Shown: positions 1-10,634 of the stretch, piece by piece
Layout: every line of letters begins with the position of its first letter
Position numbering within the stretch: the stretch's first letter is position 1
Source: a virus
Direction: 5' to 3' (one strand)
DNA: 64,000 nucleotides
IMG/VR virus record: IMGVR_UViG_3300025684_000011
Notes under the pieces: model-generated
Told to the model about the DNA's origin: nothing
Seen by the model: the letters and a program-made list of their open reading frames with translations, nothing else
Databases searched by the model: none
Made by a program: the position numbers and the translations under genes

Positions 1-489
1 GCAACTAAACATAAGACTGGAGTATACTTTCATCCAGTTTCAGTTGATCCATTCACTGGTTGGTGTAACCTAGATCATAAAAAAGCAGAAGATGTAGGGT
101 TCTTTAAGCTAGACTTACTTAATGTAAGTTTTTATTCTAAAGTAAAAGATAAAGAACAGTTAGATAAATTAATTGCTAAGGAGCCTATTTGGGAGTTATT
201 AACACATGATGATTTTTCTAGTCAGCTCTTGCATGTCAACGGACACGGAGATATACTTCGTGCAACAACTCCAACTTCTATTGAACAATTAGCCGCAGTA
301 TTAGCAATGATACGTCCTGCAAAACGTTATCTTATAAACAAGAATTGGGATACTATAATGAAAGAGGTTTGGGTAAAACCTAAAACTAATGAATATTTCT
401 TTAAGAAATCTCATGCAACAGCCTATGCTATTATGATTGTAGCACAGATGAATCTACTATGCGAAGAACTAACTAATCCATCTTCTTAA
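1..489 (+). CDS. dnaE: DNA polymerase III alpha (DnaE)-like protein, miniature/split form, 5' truncated by window
   Basis: Frame open from base 1: KHKTGVY...GFFKLDLLN...LAMIRP...FKKSHATAYA match DnaE motifs (HxxGV, GxxKxDxLG, RP, FNKSHAxAY) but are very compressed. Confidence 0.75.
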   Translation, partial: ATKHKTGVYFHPVSVDPFTGWCNLDHKKAEDVGFFKLDLLNVSFYSKVKDKEQLDKLIAKEPIWELLTHDDFSSQLLHVNGHGDILRATTPTSIEQLAAVLAMIRPAKRYLINKNWDTIMKEVWVKPKTNEYFFKKSHATAYAIMIVAQMNLLCEELTNPSS

Positions 490-847
490 CAAGACTAATT
501 TGACGTCTTTTAGTTCTTTTTACAATTACATTTTCTAAACTAGTTAAATGTCCAGCCAACATTTCAAAATCTTTGGTGGCATATGTTTGTAAGCAATATG
601 AAAAGTTTTTCATTGTAGTTCTAAGAACAATATTAATTGGTAGTAACCGATTACTTCCCCACCACCATTCTTCACCTGCTTCAATAAATGCTAATTTCTC
701 TTCTGATGTTTTTAAAAGGTCATACCGGTATACTGTAACAACAGTATTATCGCTATTTTGTATGATTCCGACAATTTCCTTATCTGCATAGCGAACTAAA
801 CTCATAAAAGGAAATTCTTCTAAAAATTGCTGTATTTTTGTATCCAT
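473..847 (-). CDS. hypothetical phage protein
   Basis: ORF MDTKIQQFLEEFPF...WWWGSNRLLPINI; ATG at 847 chosen because TAAATA lies just upstream on the minus strand. Confidence 0.7.
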   Translation of the reverse strand: MDTKIQQFLEEFPFMSLVRYADKEIVGIIQNSDNTVVTVYRYDLLKTSEEKLAFIEAGEEWWWGSNRLLPINIVLRTTMKNFSYCLQTYATKDFEMLAGHLTSLENVIVKRTKRRQISLVKKMD

Positions 848-909
848 ATTACTACTTCTATTTAGTAGGAGGACCAGCCGGTTGTTTGTCGTAACTGATA
901 AATAAACAT

Positions 910-1716
910 ATGGGAACATTAAACTCAACAGTCGCGAAAGCAAACTTAAACTATGCAGGTGCCGGAACTGGTGCTTCGTTAACAAGACATCATGCTTCTT
1001 ATACAGATAGAACTATTAGGTGGTTTCAAGGAGTTGATAATCTATTAGATTTAACAATTTCTGGTAGTGATAGACGACCATTAAGTCTGCTACACAAAGA
1101 AGTCATGCTTATCCTATGGGATAACTACACCAGCACAACTATATTTAAAAGACGTGCAATTCCAACAGTAGCAGAAAACGGAGAAGCAAGACTAACCATT
1201 TATGCAAGAGATTTAATGACCTCACCACCAGGACGTTATATGTTAAGTGCTACAATAGTAGACGGTAGAGGTCTTGAAACAGCATTAACATGGGATCGTT
1301 CACAACGGGCTCATTGGGACGTTGAAATTATGGAGGCAGTAGTGCCAATAGGTAGATCTACCTTTGAAATTACAGAATGGCCTCAAGCAGTAACAGGAAC
1401 AGATTCGTTTGCAAGTTCATCTACAAACGGTCCATCATATTATAGAAAAGATACCAGTCTATTTTCATCAGCAATATATGCAAGTAACTTTACTGGAACA
1501 GTTATACTTCAAGGTACTTTAGATGATGTAATCACTGAAGATACTTTATGGGCAGATTTGGTCCCTCAGGATTCAAACACTCCGATAATTACATATACAG
1601 GATTCACAGGAATTGATCCATTCAATTATTATGCAGGCGTAAGATGGCTTCGTACAATAATCACAACAGATGTCACTAATGCTGGTACATTAGATAAAAT
1701 CCTAATTAGAGTATAA
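910..1716 (+). CDS. probable virion structural protein (beta-rich, baseplate-like)
   Basis: 268 aa Thr/Gly-rich ORF; TAAATA late-type motif 5 nt before ATG. Confidence 0.5.
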   Translation: MGTLNSTVAKANLNYAGAGTGASLTRHHASYTDRTIRWFQGVDNLLDLTISGSDRRPLSLLHKEVMLILWDNYTSTTIFKRRAIPTVAENGEARLTIYARDLMTSPPGRYMLSATIVDGRGLETALTWDRSQRAHWDVEIMEAVVPIGRSTFEITEWPQAVTGTDSFASSSTNGPSYYRKDTSLFSSAIYASNFTGTVILQGTLDDVITEDTLWADLVPQDSNTPIITYTGFTGIDPFNYYAGVRWLRTIITTDVTNAGTLDKILIRV

Positions 1717-1717
1717 A

Positions 1718-1906
1718 ATGAAATTTAAAAAACGTGAATTAACAGACCTCGAGAACCGTCTGGTGGCTTTAGCTACGATACCTACATCTTTAGGAATATA
1801 TTATCTATTTCTTTTGTATATAATACCTTGGTTGTATGAACAATGGCCTATATTACAACATTACTTTTCAATGAAAATAGATCAAAACGGAATACATTTC
1901 TCTTGA
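1718..1906 (+). CDS. small membrane protein
   Basis: 62 aa, one hydrophobic helix, tightly packed behind the previous gene. Confidence 0.5.
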   Translation: MKFKKRELTDLENRLVALATIPTSLGIYYLFLLYIIPWLYEQWPILQHYFSMKIDQNGIHFS

Positions 1907-1931
1907 CATTCACCCAATAATATACTATAAT
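1903..1931 (+). promoter_or_regulatory. sigma70-type promoter for primase (leaderless)
   Basis: TTGACA-17 bp-TATAAT, ATG 6 nt downstream. Confidence 0.75.
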
Positions 1932-1937
1932 AGTATT

Positions 1938-2897
1938 ATGAATGTTGTAGAGTCTACACTCCGAGGTAATCTTCCTCCTTTAAAAACAAATAGTAGCGGT
2001 TGGCTGACTATGAATTGTCCTATGTGCATTCACAACGGAGAAAGCCGTCCTGATTCAAAAGGAAGAGGCGGTTGGCGTTTTGATAATGACAAAACAGCAT
2101 ACCATTGTTTTAACTGTGGGTATACAACTGGTTGGCGACCTGGAAGTAAGTTAGGTTTCAAGTTAATTAAGTTGATGCGAATATTAGGCATTGACGAAGC
2201 TGAAATACAACGACTTAAAATTTTGTTATGGGATCAAGTTATTGAGGAAGTAGCAGAAGAAGAACAAGAAGTGTTTAATAAGGAATGGCCAGAAATTCCA
2301 TATCCTTTTGAACTAACAGATTTAAGAGACGAGGCTGTTGAGTACCTAACAGGTAGAGGTATATTTGAATTAGCAAAGTGGGAGCAAACAGATCAAATAG
2401 GAATGAAACAACGTATTATTTTACCTTATACAGATAATTCAAAAGTAGTTGGTTATATGGCACGTTGGATAGGCGATCCTCCTAAAGGAACTGCTAAGAT
2501 GTTAAGAAAGTCTCCAGATGAATTTGTTTTTAACTTAGATAAGCAACCAAAGAAACGTAAATATACAATAGTATGCGAAGGTGAATATGATGCCTTAGCA
2601 ATAGGCGGTGTTGCTATACTATCTAATAAAATTAGCAAATATCAAGCACAACTAATTGAGGATTTAGATACAGAACCGGTAATGTTAGCAGACAAAGATC
2701 CAGGTGGTAAGTCGTTAGTTGAAGATGCAATTAACTTAGGATGGAATGTTAGTTTCCCAGACTGGCCAGCAGGAATAAAAGATGCAAATGAGGCAATATT
2801 GCATTTTGGAAGAGTAGCAACCTTGCAAAGTATATTAATGGCGATTGAACACTCGCCTTTGAAGGTTAAATTATTAATGAGGAGATGGTGTGTATAG
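1938..2897 (+). CDS. DNA primase (Zn finger + TOPRIM)
   Basis: CPMC...CFNC zinc-binding domain, CEGEYDAL and ADKDPGG TOPRIM motifs, KDANE. Confidence 0.9.
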   Translation: MNVVESTLRGNLPPLKTNSSGWLTMNCPMCIHNGESRPDSKGRGGWRFDNDKTAYHCFNCGYTTGWRPGSKLGFKLIKLMRILGIDEAEIQRLKILLWDQVIEEVAEEEQEVFNKEWPEIPYPFELTDLRDEAVEYLTGRGIFELAKWEQTDQIGMKQRIILPYTDNSKVVGYMARWIGDPPKGTAKMLRKSPDEFVFNLDKQPKKRKYTIVCEGEYDALAIGGVAILSNKISKYQAQLIEDLDTEPVMLADKDPGGKSLVEDAINLGWNVSFPDWPAGIKDANEAILHFGRVATLQSILMAIEHSPLKVKLLMRRWCV

Positions 2898-3123
2898 TTT
2901 AACGTTGATCTGGAAAGAAGGACAAAATGATAATGCCTTTTGGGAAGAGGTAATCTTATGGATGACTACAGAATTTGGGTTACCCTCATATAAAGTAAGT
3001 AATTGGAAGGCTACCCCAACGTTACGTTGGGCATATCAATCATCGCTGGACGAGATGAGATTTAAATTCCGTAATAAAGAAGACCAAATGTTAGCAAAAC
3101 TTAGATGGGGCAATGATGGCTGA
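2890..3123 (+). CDS. hypothetical protein
   Basis: 77 aa ORF overlapping both neighbours; C-terminal FxFxxxEDxMLAKLRW. Confidence 0.6.
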   Translation: MYSLTLIWKEGQNDNAFWEEVILWMTTEFGLPSYKVSNWKATPTLRWAYQSSLDEMRFKFRNKEDQMLAKLRWGNDG

Positions 3124-4510
3124 AAATGAAATTAAAGAATATAGTTACGAATTACAGAAACTTTTTTTAGAGTTTCTTATTTCTAGCAGGGACTTGGCGG
3201 CTAGGTGTAATAATGTATTAGATCCAGAATACTTTGATCGTAGATTGCGACCAGCGGCAACATTTATTAAAGAATACATTACAGAACATAGTAACGTACC
3301 TGATGCAAAACAACTTTCAGCAGTTACTACTATAGAAATACAGGAAATTGGCGATAAAGCAGAAGAACATAAAAATTGGTTCTTAGATGAGTTTGAAGGA
3401 TTTTCTAGACATAAAGCATTAGAAGGTGCAATTCTAACTAGTGCTGACTTGTTAGAAAAAAGCAATTACGGAGAAGTTGAAAACTTAATTAAAGCCGCAG
3501 TACAGGTTGGCCTTCCAAAAACATTTGGCACAAATTACTTTGAAAATCCTAAGTCCAGATTAGAAGGGCTTAAAGATGCAAATGGACAGTTAACAACCGG
3601 TTGGGCAACTGTTGATAATAAGCTATATGGTGGATTTAATAGAGGAGAACTAAACATTTTTGCAGGTGCATCTGGTGCTGGTAAAAGTTTGTTCTTACAA
3701 AACTTAGGACTAAACTGGGCAAAAGCAGGACTGAATACTGTTTACTTTAGTTTAGAGCTTAGTGAGGGCTTATGTTCTATGAGAATGGACGCAATGTTAA
3801 CTGGAACATCTACTAGAGATGTTTACAAGAAAATTGATGACATTGATTTAAAAGTTCGTATGATTGGTAAAAAAGCAGGGTGTCTACAAATTGTACAGTT
3901 ACCAAATAGTGTTACTGCAAACGATTTATTAGCATGGATTAGAGAATTTCAAACACAACGTAAGATACATGTTGATGCAATACTTGTAGATTACTTAGAC
4001 TTAATGATGCCAGCAGGACAAAAAATTAGTGTTGCTGATTTGTACATTAAAGATAAGATTGTTAGTGAGGAATTAAGAAACTTAGCAGTTACTGAAAATC
4101 TATTATTTGCAACTGCATCTCAGTTAAACAGAAGTGCGGTAGAAAGTGTTGAATTTGACCATAGTATGATTGCTGGTGGTTTAAGTAAGATACAAACGGC
4201 AGACAATGTGTTTGGTATCTATAGTACTCCAAGTATGCGAGAAAGAAATAGAGTACAACTACAGTTTATGAAGACAAGAAGCAGTAGTGCAGTAGGACAA
4301 AAACTTGAATTAGACTTTGATCCAACAACATTGCTAATTTCTGATTTAGCAGATGATGCTGAACCGATTGCAAATTCGGCAACTACGGTGTTTAATAAAT
4401 TGCATAAAACATCTAGTACAATAATTTCGTCAGCAGAGCAACCACAAGCAACATCTTCTTCTGTTAATAGGGATAAACTTAGAGGATTAGGATTAACGAG
4501 AGATGTCTAA
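3113..4510 (+). CDS. DnaB/T4 gp41-like replicative helicase
   Basis: Walker A GASGAGKS, FSLELSE, LVDYLDLM, TASQLNR, TAD motifs. Confidence 0.93.
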   Translation: MMAENEIKEYSYELQKLFLEFLISSRDLAARCNNVLDPEYFDRRLRPAATFIKEYITEHSNVPDAKQLSAVTTIEIQEIGDKAEEHKNWFLDEFEGFSRHKALEGAILTSADLLEKSNYGEVENLIKAAVQVGLPKTFGTNYFENPKSRLEGLKDANGQLTTGWATVDNKLYGGFNRGELNIFAGASGAGKSLFLQNLGLNWAKAGLNTVYFSLELSEGLCSMRMDAMLTGTSTRDVYKKIDDIDLKVRMIGKKAGCLQIVQLPNSVTANDLLAWIREFQTQRKIHVDAILVDYLDLMMPAGQKISVADLYIKDKIVSEELRNLAVTENLLFATASQLNRSAVESVEFDHSMIAGGLSKIQTADNVFGIYSTPSMRERNRVQLQFMKTRSSSAVGQKLELDFDPTTLLISDLADDAEPIANSATTVFNKLHKTSSTIISSAEQPQATSSSVNRDKLRGLGLTRDV

Positions 4511-4993
4511 ATTTTCTTTTTCATCTCTTGGTGGAACAATATCTGGAGTTTCTTCAGCAGTCTCACCGTCATCAAATTCTACGTTTTTATCATCTTTAGC
4601 ATCTGATGTTGCGGATAGGTTATAATTCTGAATGGTATTCCTTAATCTAATAGTTAATGCGGCATCATCAGCAATAATATCAGCCATTGCTATAAAAGCA
4701 ACTGTAATTAATTTCATTTCGCTTGTTCCCATAGGAGCACCACTTCGCATTTTGTTTAATGCTTGTACAAACCTAGATTGTAATTCATCACTAACTAAAG
4801 GTCTTAATGTAATTTTTAAGCGATTTAATTCAGTAGTAGTAATGTCATGGGATACATTGCCTGTTGTTTTTGATACTTTTTCCTTAGGAGGATTGTTACC
4901 AACTGATCCGTCAGCACCTGATGTTGATGAAAAATCTTCGTTAATAACAGATAAACGATTAATAAATTCACGTATTTCTTGGGCAGATGTCAT
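4493..4993 (-). CDS. hypothetical protein (possible head-associated)
   Basis: 166 aa ORF with SD AGGAG; N-terminal IREFINRLSVINE motif. Confidence 0.65.
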   Translation of the reverse strand: MTSAQEIREFINRLSVINEDFSSTSGADGSVGNNPPKEKVSKTTGNVSHDITTTELNRLKITLRPLVSDELQSRFVQALNKMRSGAPMGTSEMKLITVAFIAMADIIADDAALTIRLRNTIQNYNLSATSDAKDDKNVEFDDGETAEETPDIVPPRDEKENLDISR

Positions 4994-5017
4994 GTTTTCA
5001 AATGTCTCCTATGAATG

Positions 5018-5032
5018 TATTTACCATAAATA
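5018..5032. promoter_or_regulatory. back-to-back TAAATA late-type promoters
   Basis: TATTTA-CCA-TAAATA inverted repeat between divergent genes. Confidence 0.55.
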
Positions 5033-5040
5033 GAGTTACT

Positions 5041-5295
5041 ATGCAAATAAAAACGAAATCAATTCTAGAAGAAATTACAACGATTGTTCCTAAAAAGGAC
5101 AAGCATTTAATGGTAGAAGGTCTTGCAGTACAAGCTCTTGCTAGAATATCAAACTTGATGAGGGTCATTGAAACTTCATATCCGCCGGATCAAGCACAAG
5201 ATTTAACCAGACGTTTGCAACTAGCTATTAAAAATGGAGATCCTAAGAAGTTCACTCGAGGTGTTAGGATAATTAAAGAAAACGAAAATAAATAA
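5041..5295 (+). CDS. hypothetical phage protein
   Basis: MQIKTKSILEEI...AIKNGDPKKFTRGVR; ATG 5041 follows TAAATA. Confidence 0.7.
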   Translation: MQIKTKSILEEITTIVPKKDKHLMVEGLAVQALARISNLMRVIETSYPPDQAQDLTRRLQLAIKNGDPKKFTRGVRIIKENENK

Positions 5296-5300
5296 ACAAA

Positions 5301-6581
5301 ATGAAGATTAAAGACTTAAATGAAAATGATAACTTTCAGATTGACGAAGGCGTATTTGGCGATTTAGCAAAACGAGTAGTTAACAAAACAAAAGATGTTG
5401 CTAACGGTGTTGGACTTGCTGTTCGCGGACAAGGAGCCAACGAGTTTGCTAAACTTACTAACCTAATTGATCAAAAAGCAGTACAGATGTTTAATACTGC
5501 TAGACCAGGCGAAAAAGATGCAACTGGTAAAGACTTACCTTTAGGTGATATCGTAAAGATGGTTGGTAAAGCAATTATGCAGGCAACTAACAATGCAGTT
5601 GGTACAAAACAGTTATTAGTTTATATCAAAGAAAATAAAAGAGAAATTATTAAGAACGTTAATGTAGCAGATAGAGGCGCCGCTGGAGCAGATCAAATGA
5701 TTCAGTTAATGTTACAAGGTGGTAGTGCTACAGCACCTGAAGGCTTTGGTGTTGAAGAATGTGTTAGATCAATTTCATTGATTTTTTCTGTTACATTTTT
5801 ACATATGCAAATCGAAATGGGACAACCTGGACAAGATCAACAGGCAGGCGGACCTACACAAACACCAAGTGAAGCTGAAAAGGCAATGGATGATAACCCA
5901 GAGTACCAAACAGAATTAAAAACATTCGAACAATTAACTACTAAACTTGCCGGAGAGTTATATACACCTGGTAATGCATTCTTAGCAAACATACAAGCAA
6001 ATAATGAATTTCCTGCAAAGCAAGAAGCATTTATTGTTGGATATGCAACAGCCGTTAAAGCAAAATACTTTAATGCAGATTTAAAAGCATTGGAAACTGC
6101 CGCAAACTCAACTACACCAGAATCAGTTATTGACGACAACCAATGGAGAGCATCTTTCTTTGGACATATTTCTCCGCAAGTAGCTCAGCAAGTACAACAA
6201 AATGCAGACGTTACATCAGCAATACAAACTTTTAAAAATGATTTAGATTCTATTACTACTTCTTTTGCTAAATTAGCATTTATTGAAAAGACAGTAAACG
6301 AAGTAGCAAATGTTGACGCAACAATGAAAAAATTAATTGACTGGGTTGAAAAAGCAATTTCGCTTATTAAGACATTACAATTAGGTAAAGCAGGCGGAGG
6401 AGCAACAAGTGCCACAACACCACAAGCTGGTAAACCTGATGACGAAGAAGTTTCTAGTACTACTCAAGGTGGTCCAATAGACGATCCAAATCTACCTAAC
6501 TGGGAAAAGGTTAAAATGGGATATGATGCATTAGATGCACAAGGGCAAGAAGCATTAGTAAAGGCATTGTTTAACAAATGA
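5301..6581 (+). CDS. probable virion internal/head protein
   Basis: 426 aa; N-terminal MKIKDLNE...IDEG, Ala/Gln-rich. Confidence 0.55.
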   Translation: MKIKDLNENDNFQIDEGVFGDLAKRVVNKTKDVANGVGLAVRGQGANEFAKLTNLIDQKAVQMFNTARPGEKDATGKDLPLGDIVKMVGKAIMQATNNAVGTKQLLVYIKENKREIIKNVNVADRGAAGADQMIQLMLQGGSATAPEGFGVEECVRSISLIFSVTFLHMQIEMGQPGQDQQAGGPTQTPSEAEKAMDDNPEYQTELKTFEQLTTKLAGELYTPGNAFLANIQANNEFPAKQEAFIVGYATAVKAKYFNADLKALETAANSTTPESVIDDNQWRASFFGHISPQVAQQVQQNADVTSAIQTFKNDLDSITTSFAKLAFIEKTVNEVANVDATMKKLIDWVEKAISLIKTLQLGKAGGGATSATTPQAGKPDDEEVSSTTQGGPIDDPNLPNWEKVKMGYDALDAQGQEALVKALFNK

Positions 6582-8197
6582 AAATAAAAAATATAAACAA
6601 AAGAACAGCATTACTTGAAAGTGTATGTTATGATTTAGATAAAGAGCAACGATATATTGTTGAAGGAGTAGTATCAGCCTGGGACGATTTACTTGAGGTT
6701 GAGTTAAGACAAGATCAAATCAATAACTTATTTCCTTTAGTACAAAAGTTATCAGACGAAACAGGTAAAAATAGAACGGCAGTAGGATTAACAAAAGATA
6801 AAATTGTAGATACAACAAAAGCCGCTAATGAATATTTAAATAAAGTTGGAAAATTATTACAAGATACAAAACCAGTAGAAAATTTTGATAATAAATTTGA
6901 AAAATTAAAAACAGATATTAAAACTAAACTAGGTGCAGATAGCAAAATTACCACTGGGATAGAAAATTTAGGCAAATATGCTAAAATGAACCCTGGTAAA
7001 ACAGCATTCGCTATTGGTGTTATGACTGCCTTAGTTGGTATTTCAACTGGTGGAAGTGCAATAGCTATTGGTGTTGCCGCTACACTCTTAAAAGGTTCTG
7101 TTGAAGTACTCAAAGGAGAGAAATTATCTACCGCTGTTGGAAAAGGATTAAAGACAGGTGTTATTTCTGGACTTGCCGCAGGTGCATTTAATGCAGTTGG
7201 CGATTGGTTGTCAGGTTTACAGGCAGAGGTTGTACCATTTGAAGGATTAGATCAAATTACTTTTGATGTATCAGGTACAGATGTAATGCCAGGATTTGAA
7301 TGGAAAGGCTCTATGAGTTTTGAGAATCTAACCGTTCTTCCTTCTGATGCAGATTTAGCTGGACAGTTAGTAGCAGAGTTTGCTAAAGGAGATGCATCAG
7401 CATTTGATGCCTTAGCAGAATTGGCAAAGAAGTCGTTTACACCAGAGTATACAGAGCAAATGGCACAATTTGTATCAAATGCAAAAGACATTGCTTTACA
7501 AAATGATGCAACTTATCAAGCCATTGTACAAATTCAACAAGGAATAGCATCAGCCGCCGGCGGTGCAGTAGCAGGTAAGAGTGTAAGTGATGATAGAGGA
7601 GAAGATCAACAAGAGTTATTTCAATCGTATACTAATAATGGAATTTTATTAACAGAAAGAAGAATTGAAAGATTGTTTGATACTGTAGGGTATTACAATA
7701 CAAATCCAAATATTGAATTTTTAGGCGAAGGACCAGTTTGGGATACCATTAAGAAAGATGCTATTGCAAAAGCAAAAGAACTTGCTAAGCCAACTGTAGA
7801 TAAAGCTAAAACAGTTAGCGGAAATACAATGAATGTTGTTACAGCAGATAAACTTAAAAAAGCATGGAAGACAGCAGGAAGTCCAACTGACAGTGAAGTG
7901 CTTGCAAGGTTCTTAGAAAAAAATAAAGTATCTCCTGACGTTATTGCAAGTGCCTATAAAGATTTAAAACTTCCAGATCCAAATGACGATTCGTCACCAG
8001 AAGAAAAAGAAGAGAAGGAGTTAGCACTCCGTAAAACTCCACAGATGAAAGACGGACAATATGAGTTAGATCTTGCTTCATTGCCACCAGCAGTAAGGCA
8101 AGCAACAAGCAATTTATGGGACGAGTTTAATAAACTTACTCCACAGGAACAAGAAAAGTTTAAAGCAGATCTAAAGAAATCGGAAAACATAACATGA
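6578..8197 (+). CDS. probable virion internal protein with hydrophobic Gly/Ala segment
   Basis: 539 aa; MKIKNI...LLES; C-terminal VTADKLKKAWKTAGSPTDS motif. Confidence 0.6.
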   Translation: MKIKNINKRTALLESVCYDLDKEQRYIVEGVVSAWDDLLEVELRQDQINNLFPLVQKLSDETGKNRTAVGLTKDKIVDTTKAANEYLNKVGKLLQDTKPVENFDNKFEKLKTDIKTKLGADSKITTGIENLGKYAKMNPGKTAFAIGVMTALVGISTGGSAIAIGVAATLLKGSVEVLKGEKLSTAVGKGLKTGVISGLAAGAFNAVGDWLSGLQAEVVPFEGLDQITFDVSGTDVMPGFEWKGSMSFENLTVLPSDADLAGQLVAEFAKGDASAFDALAELAKKSFTPEYTEQMAQFVSNAKDIALQNDATYQAIVQIQQGIASAAGGAVAGKSVSDDRGEDQQELFQSYTNNGILLTERRIERLFDTVGYYNTNPNIEFLGEGPVWDTIKKDAIAKAKELAKPTVDKAKTVSGNTMNVVTADKLKKAWKTAGSPTDSEVLARFLEKNKVSPDVIASAYKDLKLPDPNDDSSPEEKEEKELALRKTPQMKDGQYELDLASLPPAVRQATSNLWDEFNKLTPQEQEKFKADLKKSENIT

Positions 8198-9366
8198 AGA
8201 TAAATGAAGTTATAATACAACATAAAAAAGTAATAACAGAAGCAAAAGCAAGAATTGATCATCCTGAAGATATTATCTTTGATGACAACGGAACACAAGG
8301 TGCAATGAGAGCTCTTGATGCGATGGTACATGCTTCGCAAAATCACGGAGAGACAACTTCAATCAAATGGGACGGAAGCCCAGCAGTAATTTTTGGATGG
8401 ATGGATAAAAATTCTTTTATTGTAACAGATAAAGCAGGCATGGGTGCAAAGAAATATGACGGAAAGCCTACTAGTGCCGCAGATGTACAGTCTATGATTT
8501 TTAACAGAAGGCCAGACGAAGAAGGTAGGCAGTATTATGCAAATAAGTTTGCAAGCATATATGAACTGTTAAAGAAGGCAACTCCAAAGAGTCTAGTTGG
8601 CCAAATGATACAAGGTGATTTACTTTATATGAGTGCTGATGATATTGTTCATACAGACGAAGATGTTACATTTGGTCCAGTTAAAGTTAGATATACAATT
8701 GACAAAGATAATCCAGTAGGTGCTAGGATTGCCAAAAGCCAATGTGGTATAGCAGTACATAGTGTTTATGATTCTGTTGAATCTGCTAGTGCCGCAGACG
8801 GAGAACCATCACCGGTAACTCCTAAATCTTTAGGATTGAAGGATAGTCCAAAATTAGTAATATTTGGTCCAGAAACACAGATACCAACAGATACTGAAAT
8901 TTCATTACCGATGGCAGAAGTAGAATCCTTAAGAAACTTAATTAAAAGCGGTCCAGCACAACTAATTGATGATATGTTAGATCCGTTTACTATGGGTAGT
9001 CTTAAAATAGCAAACTTACCAGAGTTATTTAAAAAGTTTGTAAACTTTAAAGCCAGAGGCGGAGAAGATATTGGCTCTGCACCTGAATTAGCAAATGAAT
9101 TTATCAAATGGGTCGAAGGTCCAGCAGGATTAACAGACAATAAGAAGAAAAATGTGTTATCGCACCTAGAACAATATAAAGCACCTTTTGAAATGGCTTG
9201 GCGTATTGTTTCTGCACTAAGTAATATAAAGCATACAATTAAGGATCAGTTAGATACTCATGTAACTGGAATTAGAACAAACAAAGGCCACGAAGGTTTT
9301 GTATCTGCTACACCGCATGGTAAGATTAAATTTGTTAATCGACCAAACTTTATGAAGAAGGATTAA
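8194..9366 (+). CDS. conserved phage protein with KWDGSP nucleotidyltransferase/ligase-like motif (DUF6267-like)
   Basis: IDHPED, KWDGSPA, QGDLLY, HEGFV, KFVNR resemble ligase-fold motifs. Confidence 0.6.
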   Translation: MKINEVIIQHKKVITEAKARIDHPEDIIFDDNGTQGAMRALDAMVHASQNHGETTSIKWDGSPAVIFGWMDKNSFIVTDKAGMGAKKYDGKPTSAADVQSMIFNRRPDEEGRQYYANKFASIYELLKKATPKSLVGQMIQGDLLYMSADDIVHTDEDVTFGPVKVRYTIDKDNPVGARIAKSQCGIAVHSVYDSVESASAADGEPSPVTPKSLGLKDSPKLVIFGPETQIPTDTEISLPMAEVESLRNLIKSGPAQLIDDMLDPFTMGSLKIANLPELFKKFVNFKARGGEDIGSAPELANEFIKWVEGPAGLTDNKKKNVLSHLEQYKAPFEMAWRIVSALSNIKHTIKDQLDTHVTGIRTNKGHEGFVSATPHGKIKFVNRPNFMKKD

Positions 9367-9370
9367 AGAC

Positions 9371-10204
9371 ATGGCTGAAAAGTATACAGCAACTGAATGG
9401 GCAACAATGGAAGGTGGGCATACCGTAGAACCTCTTACAGAAGATTCATTTTCTTTTATCAAAGAAAATTGTAATGAAAGTAAAATGTTTCGAAACACAC
9501 ATCTTAATTCTTTAACATTAAGAGATGCAGTTGATGCCGCTTTTTTAAATATGACAACATTGTATATGTTATCATGTGAATTTGAAACTGCTCCGTTTGC
9601 TCAAGACTATGCTAGAAAAACCATGATATTTGGAAACTTTAGTCAAAGTCGTGTTAGTTCAACTGATTTATATCAAGCATTACATATGTCAATTTATAAA
9701 GATACTACACAAGGTAACAAACTTAAAGCACCTGAGCAAAATGCCGCTTTAAGAGTTAGACTTCATATCAACGAAAAGATGATTAAAGACTTTTTAAGAG
9801 GTATTGCCTCTGGACGTTTAGATAAAACAACTGCAAAAAGACTTATGTATAGGCTTGAAAGCCAAATGAATATTACTATTAGTAACTATAAAAGTTTACG
9901 CAGGTTAATTACAGATTGGGAGCATCTTACTACCTTTCAAAAGCAAACCTGTGTAACTAGACTACTACAATATTATAGAACAAGGGGAAGACGTAGTGAT
10001 ATATTTGGAACTCTTTCAACCTTTGCTAATCATAAGTCCTGGGAATTAAAAGCAAAAGATAATGCAGAAGTTAAAGCAGTAGGACCGGCAAACGCAGTAC
10101 ACGGTACTAGTTCTTCTACAAACTTTATATCAAGTATTGCAAAGGTAGGCGGTGCTGGAGTAGCAGGTTATGCCGCGGCGAGATTACTTGGCCGACTAAG
10201 GTAG
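9371..10204 (+). CDS. hypothetical phage protein
   Basis: 277 aa ORF in the late operon. Confidence 0.7.
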   Translation: MAEKYTATEWATMEGGHTVEPLTEDSFSFIKENCNESKMFRNTHLNSLTLRDAVDAAFLNMTTLYMLSCEFETAPFAQDYARKTMIFGNFSQSRVSSTDLYQALHMSIYKDTTQGNKLKAPEQNAALRVRLHINEKMIKDFLRGIASGRLDKTTAKRLMYRLESQMNITISNYKSLRRLITDWEHLTTFQKQTCVTRLLQYYRTRGRRSDIFGTLSTFANHKSWELKAKDNAEVKAVGPANAVHGTSSSTNFISSIAKVGGAGVAGYAAARLLGRLR

Positions 10205-10208
10205 TAAA

Positions 10209-10634
10209 ATGACAGCAGTTAGTAAAAGATCTTGGAGTATTCCTGGCTCTCATTTTGGTGGAGATCCAGAATTCTATTCTTGTTGGACGTTATATGATAT
10301 AAGCAATGACGAAGGAAAATCATCAGAAAATTTAGAAAAACTTATGGGTATTGCAACAGCAAGATCTCAGCCTATTCTTGCTGGAGTAGAAATGATTATT
10401 GACCAAGATGTCACAAACGGGCTATTTGGCAGTAAGTTTACAGGAAAACATAATGTATGGACTTACAAATGGATTGTCGACAAAGTAGGTATCATGACAG
10501 AAGACACACTTAACAAAGAAGCACATGGACTTACTATGCATGTAGGGTTACAAGAAACTGCTAAGTTAACTAAGCAGATATATACCAGGGGTGTTAATAC
10601 AAACATGTTCTTTGTCCGGCATGATTCCTTATAA
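10209..10634 (+). CDS. hypothetical phage protein
   Basis: 141 aa ORF in the operon. Confidence 0.65.
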   Translation: MTAVSKRSWSIPGSHFGGDPEFYSCWTLYDISNDEGKSSENLEKLMGIATARSQPILAGVEMIIDQDVTNGLFGSKFTGKHNVWTYKWIVDKVGIMTEDTLNKEAHGLTMHVGLQETAKLTKQIYTRGVNTNMFFVRHDSL

